IMG/VR virus record: IMGVR_UViG_3300037325_000280
Source: an uncultured virus (IMG/VR IMGVR_UViG_3300037325_000280)
Taxonomy: Duplodnaviria > Heunggongvirae > Uroviricota > Caudoviricetes
Reading direction: 5' to 3' (one strand)
Length of the DNA stretch: 64,000 nucleotides
This document shows, in pieces, positions 9,564 to 18,919 of the stretch (the first letter of the stretch is position 1; the number at the start of each line of letters is the position of its first letter). The notes beneath the pieces were generated by a model. The model worked only from the letters and a program-made list of their open reading frames with translations, ran no database searches and was not told the origin of the DNA. The position numbers and the translations under genes are program-made.

Positions 9564-10031
9564 ATGGCAAATATTGACAATGAATGCAAAGATTTAGAAG
9601 TGAATGACTTCTATTCAAATTCAACAACACACTTAGCTGACATTATGGAAAACCAAAAGAAAATGCAAGAGCAAACTTATGGTTTTAATTTCGAAGACAT
9701 GTCTATTAGAGAGGTAATGGATTTTTGGCATGTTAACACTCATGCACTTATTGACGAAGTTCATGAAATGACAGATGCACTCGGAGGTATTAAAGACGGT
9801 AGCGGCAATGCAGTATGGAAGTACTGGAAAAAAGATTTTAGTAAGTATGAAACTATGAAAGTTTCAGATTTATCTGAAGGAGATAAAAAGGAATTATACA
9901 TGGAATTTGTAGATATAATTCATTTTATGTTTAACTATGCATCCTCAATTGGATTAGATGCAAAGACTACATTTAACTACTATTTTGCTAAAGCAGCAGA
10001 AAATGTACAACGACAAAAAGATGGCTATTAA
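9564..10031 (+). CDS. All-alpha dimeric dUTPase/dCTPase (T4 gp56-like)
   Basis: DEVHEM, WKYWK, ELYMEFVDIIHF, YFAKAAENVQRQKDGY. Confidence 0.8.
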   Translation: MANIDNECKDLEVNDFYSNSTTHLADIMENQKKMQEQTYGFNFEDMSIREVMDFWHVNTHALIDEVHEMTDALGGIKDGSGNAVWKYWKKDFSKYETMKVSDLSEGDKKELYMEFVDIIHFMFNYASSIGLDAKTTFNYYFAKAAENVQRQKDGY

Positions 10032-10108
10032 AGAACAATTAAAGAACAAAATAGTCTAAATAAATAGATATATAAAATCCACAATAATAACTTACTAAAA
10101 TTAAATAG

Positions 10109-11506
10109 ATGATTCTTGACATTGAGCAAAGGGATAAAGACGTTATTATATCGTATTATAATACAGAAGGAGAAGTAGCGTTTAAACAATATCCCGTAAG
10201 TAATTTTCAGAATTGGTATGTATGCGAGGACAAAGATAAAGCAGCCAGTACTCAATTTAAAAATTGGGATGGTAGATCTGTTAAACTTGGAAATGGAAGA
10301 CAATATAATAAGTTTTCCATTCTTTATTTTCTAGATAGTCTATCTGAAAAAGATAAGGCAGATCTTACTGCATATAATATGCCAAAAACATATTTTGTGG
10401 ATATTGAAACTGAGATAGTTGATGGTTTTCCAAAGGCAGAAGAGGCTAAAAGTAGAATATTATCATTTTCAATAATCACACCTGACCGCAAGGCAATAGT
10501 TCTTGGATTAGAAGACATGGCATCTGATAAAATTCAAAAGATTCAAGATGATACTAATGAGTATTTTAAGGATTTTGACATGGATTGGGAATTTAAATAT
10601 CATAAGTTTAATTCTGAATATGATATGGTATATACATTCCTGTTTAAGTTTTTACCTAAATTTCCGATGATGACTGGTTGGAATTTTATTAATTATGACT
10701 GGCAATATATTACAAACAGATGTAAAAGATTACAGATAGATATTAAAGATATTGGAAGGACAAAATCAGTAGATAACAGAGATTCAAGACCTTTACACCT
10801 TGGAATTTTAGATTATATGCAATTATATGACAAGTATGATAGAAGTGTAAAAGTAAAGGAATCCAACTCCCTTGATTATGTTTCTAGTCAAGTCCTTAAT
10901 GTTAATAAAATCAAGTTCACAGGATCATTGCAAGACCTGTATCGTGACAACTTTGTTAAATACATATATTATAATGTAGTCGATTCAGTTTTAGTGTACT
11001 ATATCGATCAAAAACTAAAGTCAATGGAAGTTCTTTTAACTCTTGCAAATATTACAAATATGCCATTGTATAAGGCAAGTTCTCCAGTGGCAGTTACTGA
11101 AGCAATTATGGCTAGAAAGTTAGCAGAACAAGGAATGCGAATCGGTAGTGAAGAAAAAACAGATAGTAGTAAAGATACTCAATATGCAGGTGCTTATGTT
11201 AAGGAACCTATTTTAGGATATTATGAAGGAGTAAGTGCATTCGATTTTGCTTCGCTATATCCTTCAATAATGCGTCAGTTTAATATTTCACCAGATGCAT
11301 ATATTGAAAAAATTTACAAGAGTGAAATAGAAGAAAGAAGAAAGGATAAAGGGGTTATTGTATGTGACAATGGAGTTGTTTATAAAACCGAAGACTCTAT
11401 TCTTAGAAAAATATTAAGTGATCTATATAATCAACGTAAGGATTACAAAAAAACATCATATACATATTTTACACTCGCAGATAAATTAAAGAAAAGACTT
11501 AAATAA
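10109..11506 (+). CDS. gp43: Family B DNA polymerase, N-terminal subunit (3'-5' exonuclease plus motif A)
   Basis: DIETE (ExoI), GWNFINYD (ExoII), YNVVD (ExoIII), YAGAYVKEP, FDFASLYPS; ends in the fingers at RKDYKK. Confidence 0.9.
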   Translation: MILDIEQRDKDVIISYYNTEGEVAFKQYPVSNFQNWYVCEDKDKAASTQFKNWDGRSVKLGNGRQYNKFSILYFLDSLSEKDKADLTAYNMPKTYFVDIETEIVDGFPKAEEAKSRILSFSIITPDRKAIVLGLEDMASDKIQKIQDDTNEYFKDFDMDWEFKYHKFNSEYDMVYTFLFKFLPKFPMMTGWNFINYDWQYITNRCKRLQIDIKDIGRTKSVDNRDSRPLHLGILDYMQLYDKYDRSVKVKESNSLDYVSSQVLNVNKIKFTGSLQDLYRDNFVKYIYYNVVDSVLVYYIDQKLKSMEVLLTLANITNMPLYKASSPVAVTEAIMARKLAEQGMRIGSEEKTDSSKDTQYAGAYVKEPILGYYEGVSAFDFASLYPSIMRQFNISPDAYIEKIYKSEIEERRKDKGVIVCDNGVVYKTEDSILRKILSDLYNQRKDYKKTSYTYFTLADKLKKRLK

Positions 11507-11554
11507 TTAAGCATTAAAAACAAAATAAAAAACTAAACAAAATAAAAAATTAAT

Positions 11555-12535
11555 ATGAACAATAATATCTTTGAAAAAAGAGTAAATATTTTACCTTACG
11601 AATATCCAATGTTACTTGCATATAAAGATGCAATTAGACACTCATACTGGATTCACACTGAATTTAATTTCACAACAGACATTGATGATTTTAAGAGTAA
11701 AATAACAGAAGAGGAAAGAGAAGTTATAAAAAGGTCAATGTTGGCAATAGCGCAAATTGAAGTAAATGTAAAAACATTTTGGGCTGACCTTTACAAAAGA
11801 ATGCCAATTACTGAAATTGGAGATGTAGGAATGACGTTTGCGGAATCAGAAGTAAGACATAAAGACGCTTATGCACAATTACTCAGAATTTTAGGATTAG
11901 AAGAGGAATTTAAAAATGTAGTTGAAATTCCTGCGATTAAAGATAGAATTGCATATCTATCAAAATATCTAGATGGTACCAGAAGCAAGGATAATAAAAT
12001 GTATACTAAATCAGTACTTTTATTTTCACTATTCATAGAGCATGTTAGTTTATTTAGTCAATTTTTAATTATGATGTCGTTTAACAAGGAGAAAAACCTC
12101 TTCAAAGGTATTTCAAATGTAGTTGAAGCGACAAGCAAGGAGGAAGAAATCCACGGAAATTTCGGTTCAGAATTAATTAACATTATTAAGAAAGAAAATC
12201 CAGAATGGTTTGATGCAGAATTCGAAGAACTAATAGATTCAGCATGTAAAAAGGCGTATGCATCTGAGGTTAAAATACTTGATTGGATTTTTGAAAAAGG
12301 AGAATTAGATTTTTTATCTAAAGATACAATTAAACAATTTATTCAAAACAGATTTAACAATTCATTAGGAAGAATTGGAATGAAGCCAGTATTTGATGTA
12401 GATTTTAATGAAATAGAAAAAACATTATGGTTTGACATTGAAATTCTATCAACAAAGGAGGGAGACTTCTTTTACAAAAAAAGTATCGATTATTTTAAGA
12501 AATCAAAGTCAATTACTGAAGATGATTTATTCTAG
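11555..12535 (+). CDS. nrdB: Ribonucleotide reductase class I beta subunit
   Basis: ESEVRHKDAY, EHVSLFSQF, KEEEIH diiron ligands. Confidence 0.92.
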   Translation: MNNNIFEKRVNILPYEYPMLLAYKDAIRHSYWIHTEFNFTTDIDDFKSKITEEEREVIKRSMLAIAQIEVNVKTFWADLYKRMPITEIGDVGMTFAESEVRHKDAYAQLLRILGLEEEFKNVVEIPAIKDRIAYLSKYLDGTRSKDNKMYTKSVLLFSLFIEHVSLFSQFLIMMSFNKEKNLFKGISNVVEATSKEEEIHGNFGSELINIIKKENPEWFDAEFEELIDSACKKAYASEVKILDWIFEKGELDFLSKDTIKQFIQNRFNNSLGRIGMKPVFDVDFNEIEKTLWFDIEILSTKEGDFFYKKSIDYFKKSKSITEDDLF

Positions 12536-12551
12536 AAAAAAACAAAACAAC

Positions 12552-13616
12552 ATGAATTACGAAAAGAATTATTGGCTTAATGAAGATAGTCGAACATTCC
12601 TCTCTCGCGGCTATATTAAGGAAACACCCGAGCAACGAATTAAGGATATATCTAATAATGCAGAAAAGATACTAAAAATTGATGGATTTGCAAAGAAGTT
12701 TGAGGAGTATATGAACTTAGGTTTTTATAGTTTATCAACACCTGTTTGGATTAATTTCGGAAAAGACAAAGGTCTTCCTGTTAGCTGTTATGGAAGTAAT
12801 GTAGATGATAACTTAGATAGTATATTAAATGCAAGTAGAGAAATAGGAATGATGTCAAAATACGGAGGAGGAACTTCAGCTTTTTTAGGAAACATCAGAG
12901 AAAGAGGAGCTACTATTTCCACAGGAGGAACAGCAGACGGACCTGTTCATTATGCCAGAATGTATGATACAACCGTTGATGTATGTAAACAATCAGAGGC
13001 AAGAAGAGGTGCATGTGCAGTATGGTTGCCAGTAGAACATAAAGATATCTTAGAATTTTTAGACATTGGAACTGATGGAAATCCTATTCAAAATTTACAA
13101 TACGGAGTCACCGTAACTGATAATTGGATATCAGAAATGAAAGAAGGAGATACTCAAAAACGTAAAATATGGGCAAAGATTATTCAACGACGTAATGAGT
13201 TTGGTTTTCCTTACATTATGTTTAAGGATAATAGTAATAACAATTCCCCTTATAAGGAATTAGGCCTTGACATTACTGCCTCAAACTTATGCGTAGCACC
13301 TTGGACTGAAGTTAGTGTAAAAGTAAATGGCGTTGAAAAAACGATGCCAATTATAATGTTAGATTGTTTATTTCAATATAATCTATATACAACACTAGAA
13401 GTTAAATCATTTAACATAGAAACTTCTGAGATTGAATATAAAAAAGTGATAGATAGTGCAATGACTTCTAAAAAAGCAAAAGTTATGAAAATAACAGATG
13501 AAGCTACTGGAAAATCAATAACATGTACACTGGATCATAAAGTATATACTTCGAATAGAGGATATATTATGGCAAAAAATCTAAGAGAAGATGACGTATT
13601 AGTTATTAATTCTTAA
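12552..13616 (+). CDS. nrdA: RNR alpha subunit N-terminal part fused to split intein N-half (IntN 13290-13613, 108 aa)
   Basis: STPVW, PVSCY, GGGTS, RRGACA, GFPY, ASNL then CVAPWTEV; intein block B CTLDHKVY. True start MNYEK at 12552. Confidence 0.92.
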   Translation: MNYEKNYWLNEDSRTFLSRGYIKETPEQRIKDISNNAEKILKIDGFAKKFEEYMNLGFYSLSTPVWINFGKDKGLPVSCYGSNVDDNLDSILNASREIGMMSKYGGGTSAFLGNIRERGATISTGGTADGPVHYARMYDTTVDVCKQSEARRGACAVWLPVEHKDILEFLDIGTDGNPIQNLQYGVTVTDNWISEMKEGDTQKRKIWAKIIQRRNEFGFPYIMFKDNSNNNSPYKELGLDITASNLCVAPWTEVSVKVNGVEKTMPIIMLDCLFQYNLYTTLEVKSFNIETSEIEYKKVIDSAMTSKKAKVMKITDEATGKSITCTLDHKVYTSNRGYIMAKNLREDDVLVINS

Positions 13617-13630
13617 AGTTTTATGTTCTG

Positions 13631-13684
13631 AGATAAAGTTGCAAAATTATTTAAATATATATTAAAATAAAAGTAACTTTATCT
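13631..13684 (+). promoter_or_regulatory. Hairpin covering the HNH gene initiation region, with a late-promoter-like AATATATA in its loop
   Basis: agataaagttgc 13631-13642 pairs with gtaactttatct 13673-13684; ATG at 13686. Confidence 0.55.
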
Positions 13685-13685
13685 T

Positions 13686-14630
13686 ATGAACTATGAACGA
13701 ATATACAATAACTTATGTGAATTATGTAAAACAACTGATGTTAAAGATCGATTAAGTAATAGGAATGCCAATGATGAAAGGCTTAGTGCAGACTATATTT
13801 ATACTGAAAAACATCATATAGTACCTAAGCATATTGGAGGTGATGACTTAGAATCTAATCTAGTTGTTATGTTACCTGAAGAACACTATATGGCACATTT
13901 ATTAAGATTTAAAGCTTATAATAATAGAAAAGATTTTCTAGCAATTAGATTCATGGTTAACGGATATGTTTATAAGAAAAAAGTATCTAGTGCATTAAGT
14001 TCCAAATTAAAGAATAAGTTGGTTGCATCATTCAAACAGAATATATCAATGTTTAGAAAGCAAAATACATGGCATAGTATTAAAGGTGTAAACAACATAT
14101 CAGAAGCAAGAAAGGGTACAATGCCTGTTGTAGATTCTGAAACGCTTAAAATGATAGGTTCTGTTGATGTAAATCATCCAAATGTTTTATCTGGAAAATG
14201 GAGACACCATTCAACTGGTAAGATATCAGTAATATGTAAAACATCAGGTGTTAAGAAATACATAACAGTGAATGAATATAGGGATAATTATGACGAATAT
14301 CATGCAAACATCGGCGACGCTAAAGGTGAAAAGAATTCAAGATTTAGTGGATTTACTGACGAAGAGCTTGTTAATATTGTATCTGAATTTTCAGTTGAAA
14401 TGAACTTAGGATTTTTATTACCATATAGAATGGTGTCGACTTACTATAGAAAAATTAAAAAGTATGAAAAATTACCAAAATCATTTAGCTCGTTTAGATT
14501 TAATGGATTAGGTAGTAAAGAATTACATAGATTAGCATCTGAAAAAACAGGATTAGTTCTTAATGTATATTACAATAATAGTCCAAAAATAAGAAAAGAA
14601 ATTAAAAACAAAAATATAACAATATGTTAA
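13686..14630 (+). mobile_element. Free-standing HNH homing endonuclease between the nrdA halves
   Basis: EKHHIVPK-GGDD-NLV-EEHYMAHLL. Confidence 0.85.
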
Positions 14631-15610
14631 AAATACAATATTTAGAAGAAGAAATACCAGTCTTCGATATTACAGTAGAAGATAACCACAACTTCTACGG
14701 GGACGATATATTAGTCCACAATTGCAGTGAGATTCAGCTTCCAACTGATTCTTTTAATTCGTTTGTATGTTGTTTAGGTTCTATTAATCTTTTACATTGG
14801 GATGAGATTAAAAAAACAGATGCTATCGAAACATATGTATTGTTCTTAAATGCAGTTATGGATGAATTTATTAAGAAGTCATTTAAAATGCCAGGTATGT
14901 CAAGGGCACATCGATTTGCCGAACAACATAGAGCATTAGGTCTAGGGGTTCTTGGCTATCATTCACTATTCCAGTCAAAATTAATAACATTTGACTCTTT
15001 ACAATCAAAGGCATTAAACCATGATATATTTTCAACTTTAAAGGAAAGAAGTGATGGGGCATCCCGATGGTTACATGATGAAAAAGGTTATCGATCTTTA
15101 AGAGATGGATATGCAAATACAACATTAGTTGCGATTGCACCAACAAAGAGTAGTTCATTTATTTTAGGTCAAGTTTCAATGGGAATAGAGCCTATTAAAT
15201 CTAATTATTTTATTAAAGATTTAGCAAAGTCAAAAACAATATACAAAAATCCATTTCTTATTGATGAATTAATCAAGTATAACTTAAATACACCTGAAGT
15301 ATGGGAAGGAATTCTTAAAAGAGATGGAAGTGTTCAGCACTTAGACTTTCCAACAAAGGAAGTTTTTAAATCTTTTGTTGAAATTACACCAAAAGAAATA
15401 GTTTTACAAGCAGCACAGAGACAGAAATTTATAGATCAGTCACAATCATTAAATTTAATGATTCATCCTAGTGTTCCGGCAAAGGACATTAATAAATTGT
15501 ATTTATATGCCCATGAAGAGGGAATCAAAACACTTTACTACCAATTTAGTCAAGGCTCAGCTCAATCATTTGCTAGAGATATTTTAGACTGTGCAAGCTG
15601 TGAAGCGTAA
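14624..15610 (+). CDS. nrdA: Split intein C-half (33 aa, 14624-14722) fused to RNR alpha C-terminal part
   Basis: VFDITVEDNHNFYGDDILVHN then CSEIQLP; APTKSSS, QSQSLN, KTLYY, C-terminal CASCE. Confidence 0.92.
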   Translation: MLKIQYLEEEIPVFDITVEDNHNFYGDDILVHNCSEIQLPTDSFNSFVCCLGSINLLHWDEIKKTDAIETYVLFLNAVMDEFIKKSFKMPGMSRAHRFAEQHRALGLGVLGYHSLFQSKLITFDSLQSKALNHDIFSTLKERSDGASRWLHDEKGYRSLRDGYANTTLVAIAPTKSSSFILGQVSMGIEPIKSNYFIKDLAKSKTIYKNPFLIDELIKYNLNTPEVWEGILKRDGSVQHLDFPTKEVFKSFVEITPKEIVLQAAQRQKFIDQSQSLNLMIHPSVPAKDINKLYLYAHEEGIKTLYYQFSQGSAQSFARDILDCASCEA

Positions 15611-15669
15611 AGAAACGGCAACTTGAAACATAGTTGCATTTTAGGACCGGGTTAGTTCACGGAAAGTAA

Positions 15670-15699
15670 AGCAGGGAATTCGCTACTCCCTGTTTTTTT
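15670..15699 (+). terminator. Intrinsic terminator
   Basis: agcaggga-attcgctac-tccctgtt followed by T-run. Confidence 0.8.
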
Positions 15700-15702
15700 A
15701 TG

Positions 15703-15731
15703 TGAAACAAAACGCTAACTATGCTTATAAT
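15703..15731 (+). promoter_or_regulatory. Class II promoter TGAAAC-N17-TATAAT
   Basis: Exact motif upstream of clamp/PolB-C/uvsX. Confidence 0.7.
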
Positions 15732-15761
15732 ACTTAATAATATTATTTATAAATAGACAAC

Positions 15762-16526
15762 ATGAAAATTAGCATTGAAAAAGTAGATCAAAACAATTTT
15801 ATTGGTTTTGTTAATCGGTTAAAGGTTATTGATACCTTTATTTATTTTAAAATTAAAGATGGAGTAATTCAGGCTTCTGCTTATTTACCACAAAGAGATG
15901 CAGTAAAGCATCACAGATTGCCAATTGGCCAAGTCTTTCAGTTAGAAGAAGACGCAATAGATAAGGTTAATAATACTAAAGAATTAAAAATTGCTTTCTT
16001 TGATGCAAACAGGTTAACTGATGCGTTTAAGCAATTTGAATTCGGCAACATACAGGCAGAAATAGAATTTGTTGAAAATGAGGAAGATTTCGTAGCAACT
16101 GAATTTCGTATCTTTAATAATGAATTAGAAATAACGTTATCATGTTCAGAGCCATCTCTTGGATATAAAGATCTTACCGATTCTCAAATCACAGCAATTT
16201 TTAACATAGATGAAGCTAAATACTCGTTTGATATGGATTACACTGCAACGTCAAAGGTACGTTCATTATTTGGATTAGACAAAGAAGAAACTTTTACGAT
16301 TACTACAGGCAAAGGCGGTGTTAGAATGAAAGGTAAGAATTATAATTACTTAGTAACTGAAGAATTTAAAGGAACCAATACCAAGGACGTAACTTTATTT
16401 AAAAAGTATTTAAATCTTTTAGACAAAGAAGATTATACTGCAAACGTATTAGACAATCGTGTTGTACTCCGATCAAAGGATTCAGAAACTCTTTTAACAA
16501 TTGCAACCTGCCAAACAGCTGAATAG
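15762..16526 (+). CDS. Probable DNA polymerase sliding clamp (gp45/PCNA-like)
   Basis: ~250 aa, beta-rich two-domain pattern, directly upstream of PolB C-subunit; clamp loader present in window. Confidence 0.55.
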   Translation: MKISIEKVDQNNFIGFVNRLKVIDTFIYFKIKDGVIQASAYLPQRDAVKHHRLPIGQVFQLEEDAIDKVNNTKELKIAFFDANRLTDAFKQFEFGNIQAEIEFVENEEDFVATEFRIFNNELEITLSCSEPSLGYKDLTDSQITAIFNIDEAKYSFDMDYTATSKVRSLFGLDKEETFTITTGKGGVRMKGKNYNYLVTEEFKGTNTKDVTLFKKYLNLLDKEDYTANVLDNRVVLRSKDSETLLTIATCQTAE

Positions 16527-16528
16527 AT

Positions 16529-17725
16529 ATGACAATAGATGAATTAATACTAAAACCAGAAGAAAATCTAACACAAGAGGAGATTAAAATATTGGTTGAA
16601 CATTATTCAATGATGTCAGCTAAATATACGGCATATGAACAGGCAGTTAAGGTAATGCTTAACTCAATATATGGTGCATTTGGAAATAAATGGTTTCACT
16701 TTTTTAACATAGACATTGCTGAATCTATTACACTACAGGGTCAATCCGCCATTTTATACTCAGAAAAAATTCTTAATAAGTATTTTCATGAATTTTGGCT
16801 TAAAGATAAGCAAGTGCATTCTCATTTTAATATTTCTATTAAGAATAAACTAGTAAGACCATCTGTTGTTTATATTGACACCGATTCGGCATATGTTCAA
16901 TTCGAAGAAATGTATGAATCTATTGAGTGGAATGATGATTCTATGTCAATAGATAAGTTTATTATGGAATTATATAACTTTAGACTTAAGGATTACATTT
17001 TTAAGTGTATGGAAAAGTATTCAGAAGCAACAAATACTGAAAATTTTCTTGTATTTGAATTAGAAACAATAGCATATTCAGGAATATGGTTAGCTAAGAA
17101 AAAATATCTTCAAAATATAGCATGGGAAGACAGGCTTGACATTAATGATAGATATCCTTCACTTAAAAAAATAAAAACAATAGGATTCGATACTATTCAA
17201 AGTTCAACACCTGCAATTGCAAGGAAGCATTTAACTGAAGCCCTTAAATTGATTCTTTCAGAAAAGCCAACAGCAGCTCTCCTAAAAAGATTAGTAGATT
17301 ATTTAAAACAATGTAAAAAAGAATTTCAGCTCGCAGATATAGATGAAATTTGCTTCAACAAAAGAACTAATAACATTGATAAGTATATTTTAGATGACAC
17401 TGTTGAATTCCAGTATGGCTTAAAATGCCCATCTAATGTCAAGGCGGCAGGTTTTTATAATTTTCTAATGAATAACAATCCAAAATATAAAAACAAGTAC
17501 AAGATGATTGGTAACGGTGAAAAACTTAGACTGTATCATTGTAAACATACTACTTGTGAAATATTTGCATATCAACCAGGTGCTCATCCATATGAAATAG
17601 CACCACTTGTAGATTATGAACTACAATTTGAAAAAAGCGTAATTGATCCGTTAAACAGAGTTCTTTCAGCGGTAGGATTACATACACTAAACAGAAATTT
17701 AATTTATTCAACATCATTATTTTAA
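16529..17725 (+). CDS. gp43: Family B DNA polymerase, C-terminal subunit (motifs B and C, thumb)
   Basis: KVMLNSIYGAFG, YIDTDS, AKKKY, SSTP. Confidence 0.9.
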   Translation: MTIDELILKPEENLTQEEIKILVEHYSMMSAKYTAYEQAVKVMLNSIYGAFGNKWFHFFNIDIAESITLQGQSAILYSEKILNKYFHEFWLKDKQVHSHFNISIKNKLVRPSVVYIDTDSAYVQFEEMYESIEWNDDSMSIDKFIMELYNFRLKDYIFKCMEKYSEATNTENFLVFELETIAYSGIWLAKKKYLQNIAWEDRLDINDRYPSLKKIKTIGFDTIQSSTPAIARKHLTEALKLILSEKPTAALLKRLVDYLKQCKKEFQLADIDEICFNKRTNNIDKYILDDTVEFQYGLKCPSNVKAAGFYNFLMNNNPKYKNKYKMIGNGEKLRLYHCKHTTCEIFAYQPGAHPYEIAPLVDYELQFEKSVIDPLNRVLSAVGLHTLNRNLIYSTSLF

Positions 17726-17727
17726 AC

Positions 17728-17892
17728 ATGGAAATAGACAGCAAAAATTTAACAGAAGAACAATACGAGATAGTAAAAAAATATCAAAGTATTACTAAAA
17801 AACTTGAAAGTCTTCAAACTAAAATGCAGGCGATACAAGATGAGGCACAATCACTCATGACAGAGCTTGAAGAATTAAGAATAAAATATTAG
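17728..17892 (+). CDS. Small coiled-coil protein (54 aa)
   Basis: Read manually: MEIDSKNLTEEQYEIVKKY...ELEELRIKY*; fills the gap between genes. Confidence 0.55.
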   Translation: MEIDSKNLTEEQYEIVKKYQSITKKLESLQTKMQAIQDEAQSLMTELEELRIKY

Positions 17893-17908
17893 AAAATAAA
17901 GAAAATAT

Positions 17909-18865
17909 ATGGCAAAAAATAAATTTACATTCGATGACTTAAACGCAGAATTAGCAGGATTAAACCCCTTAGGTTCTGTTATGGACCAATCAAATTTTTC
18001 TGAAGTAACAGAATGGATTCACACTGGAAATTATCATTTAAACGCATGTCTTTCTGGTTCGGTATGGGGAGGATGGCCTAATAACCGTTCTTGTTCAATA
18101 GCAGGACCATCTGGTACTGGAAAAACCTTTCTTACATTAAATTCAGTTCGAGAAGCAATTAACATGGGATATTATGTTATTTATTATGATTCAGAAGCTG
18201 CAGTAGATAAAGACCAAATGAAAAAGTTTGGTATTGATATTAGTAAAGTAAATTATCAGCCTGTAAATACTGTACAGGCGTTTAGGACTTCAATCACTAC
18301 TATTACTCAAAAAATGCAAGAGGTAAAAAGAAAAGGTGGAGAAGTACAAAAAATCATGATTATTCTTGATTCAGCAGGTAACCTTGCGACTGCAAAGGAA
18401 ATTGATGATGCAACCAGTGGAAGTGAAAAGGCAGATATGACTAGATCTAAGATTTTAAAATCTATTTTTAGAATCATAATGACTCCGCTTGCTGATTTAA
18501 AAATTCCATTTTTGTTTACTAATCATACTTATCAAACACAAGACTTTATTTCAAGACAAGTTGCAGGTGGAGGTTGTTTAGTTCCAGGATCTAAAGTGAG
18601 AATGTTCGATAACACCCTAAAGAACATAGAAGATATAGTAGAAGGTGATTCAGTTCTTACATTAAATGGAGGTATGGAAATAGAAAACACATGGACGTTT
18701 GAAAAGAAAACATACCGAATAGAATTTGAAGATAATACGATCATAGAATGTTCTGAAGATCATAGATTTTTTACAGGTAATGTTGAAGACGATCCATTAG
18801 ATGACAATAATTGGATATTAGCAAGAGATTTAGTAAAAAACAATGAAGTGTCTAGATATATATAA
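17909..18865 (+). CDS. uvsX: UvsX/RecA recombinase N-terminal part fused to split intein N-half (18575-18862, 96 aa)
   Basis: GPSGTGKT, YYDSEAA, ILDSAG, TNHTY, GGG then CLVPGS; block B ECSEDHRF. Confidence 0.9.
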   Translation: MAKNKFTFDDLNAELAGLNPLGSVMDQSNFSEVTEWIHTGNYHLNACLSGSVWGGWPNNRSCSIAGPSGTGKTFLTLNSVREAINMGYYVIYYDSEAAVDKDQMKKFGIDISKVNYQPVNTVQAFRTSITTITQKMQEVKRKGGEVQKIMIILDSAGNLATAKEIDDATSGSEKADMTRSKILKSIFRIIMTPLADLKIPFLFTNHTYQTQDFISRQVAGGGCLVPGSKVRMFDNTLKNIEDIVEGDSVLTLNGGMEIENTWTFEKKTYRIEFEDNTIIECSEDHRFFTGNVEDDPLDDNNWILARDLVKNNEVSRYI

Positions 18866-18919
18866 CAGGTGGTGGTTAACAGCCACCTATTATCTAACAA
18901 AAAATTGAAACTACTAAAA

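Noticed and set aside
12432..12551. N-terminal extension of nrdA given by the ORF track
   Set aside because: Overlaps the nrdB 3' end; the A-rich leader and ATG at 12552 are a better start
13617..14623. Group I introns as the cause of the nrdA, uvsX and terL interruptions
   Set aside because: Clear intein N- and C-terminal motifs flank each break, and the non-coding gaps are too short for a ribozyme core
11400..16640. Split intein in DNA polymerase
   Set aside because: No Cys/Ser-initiated Hint block at the end of the N-part and no HN-(C/S/T) at the start of the C-part
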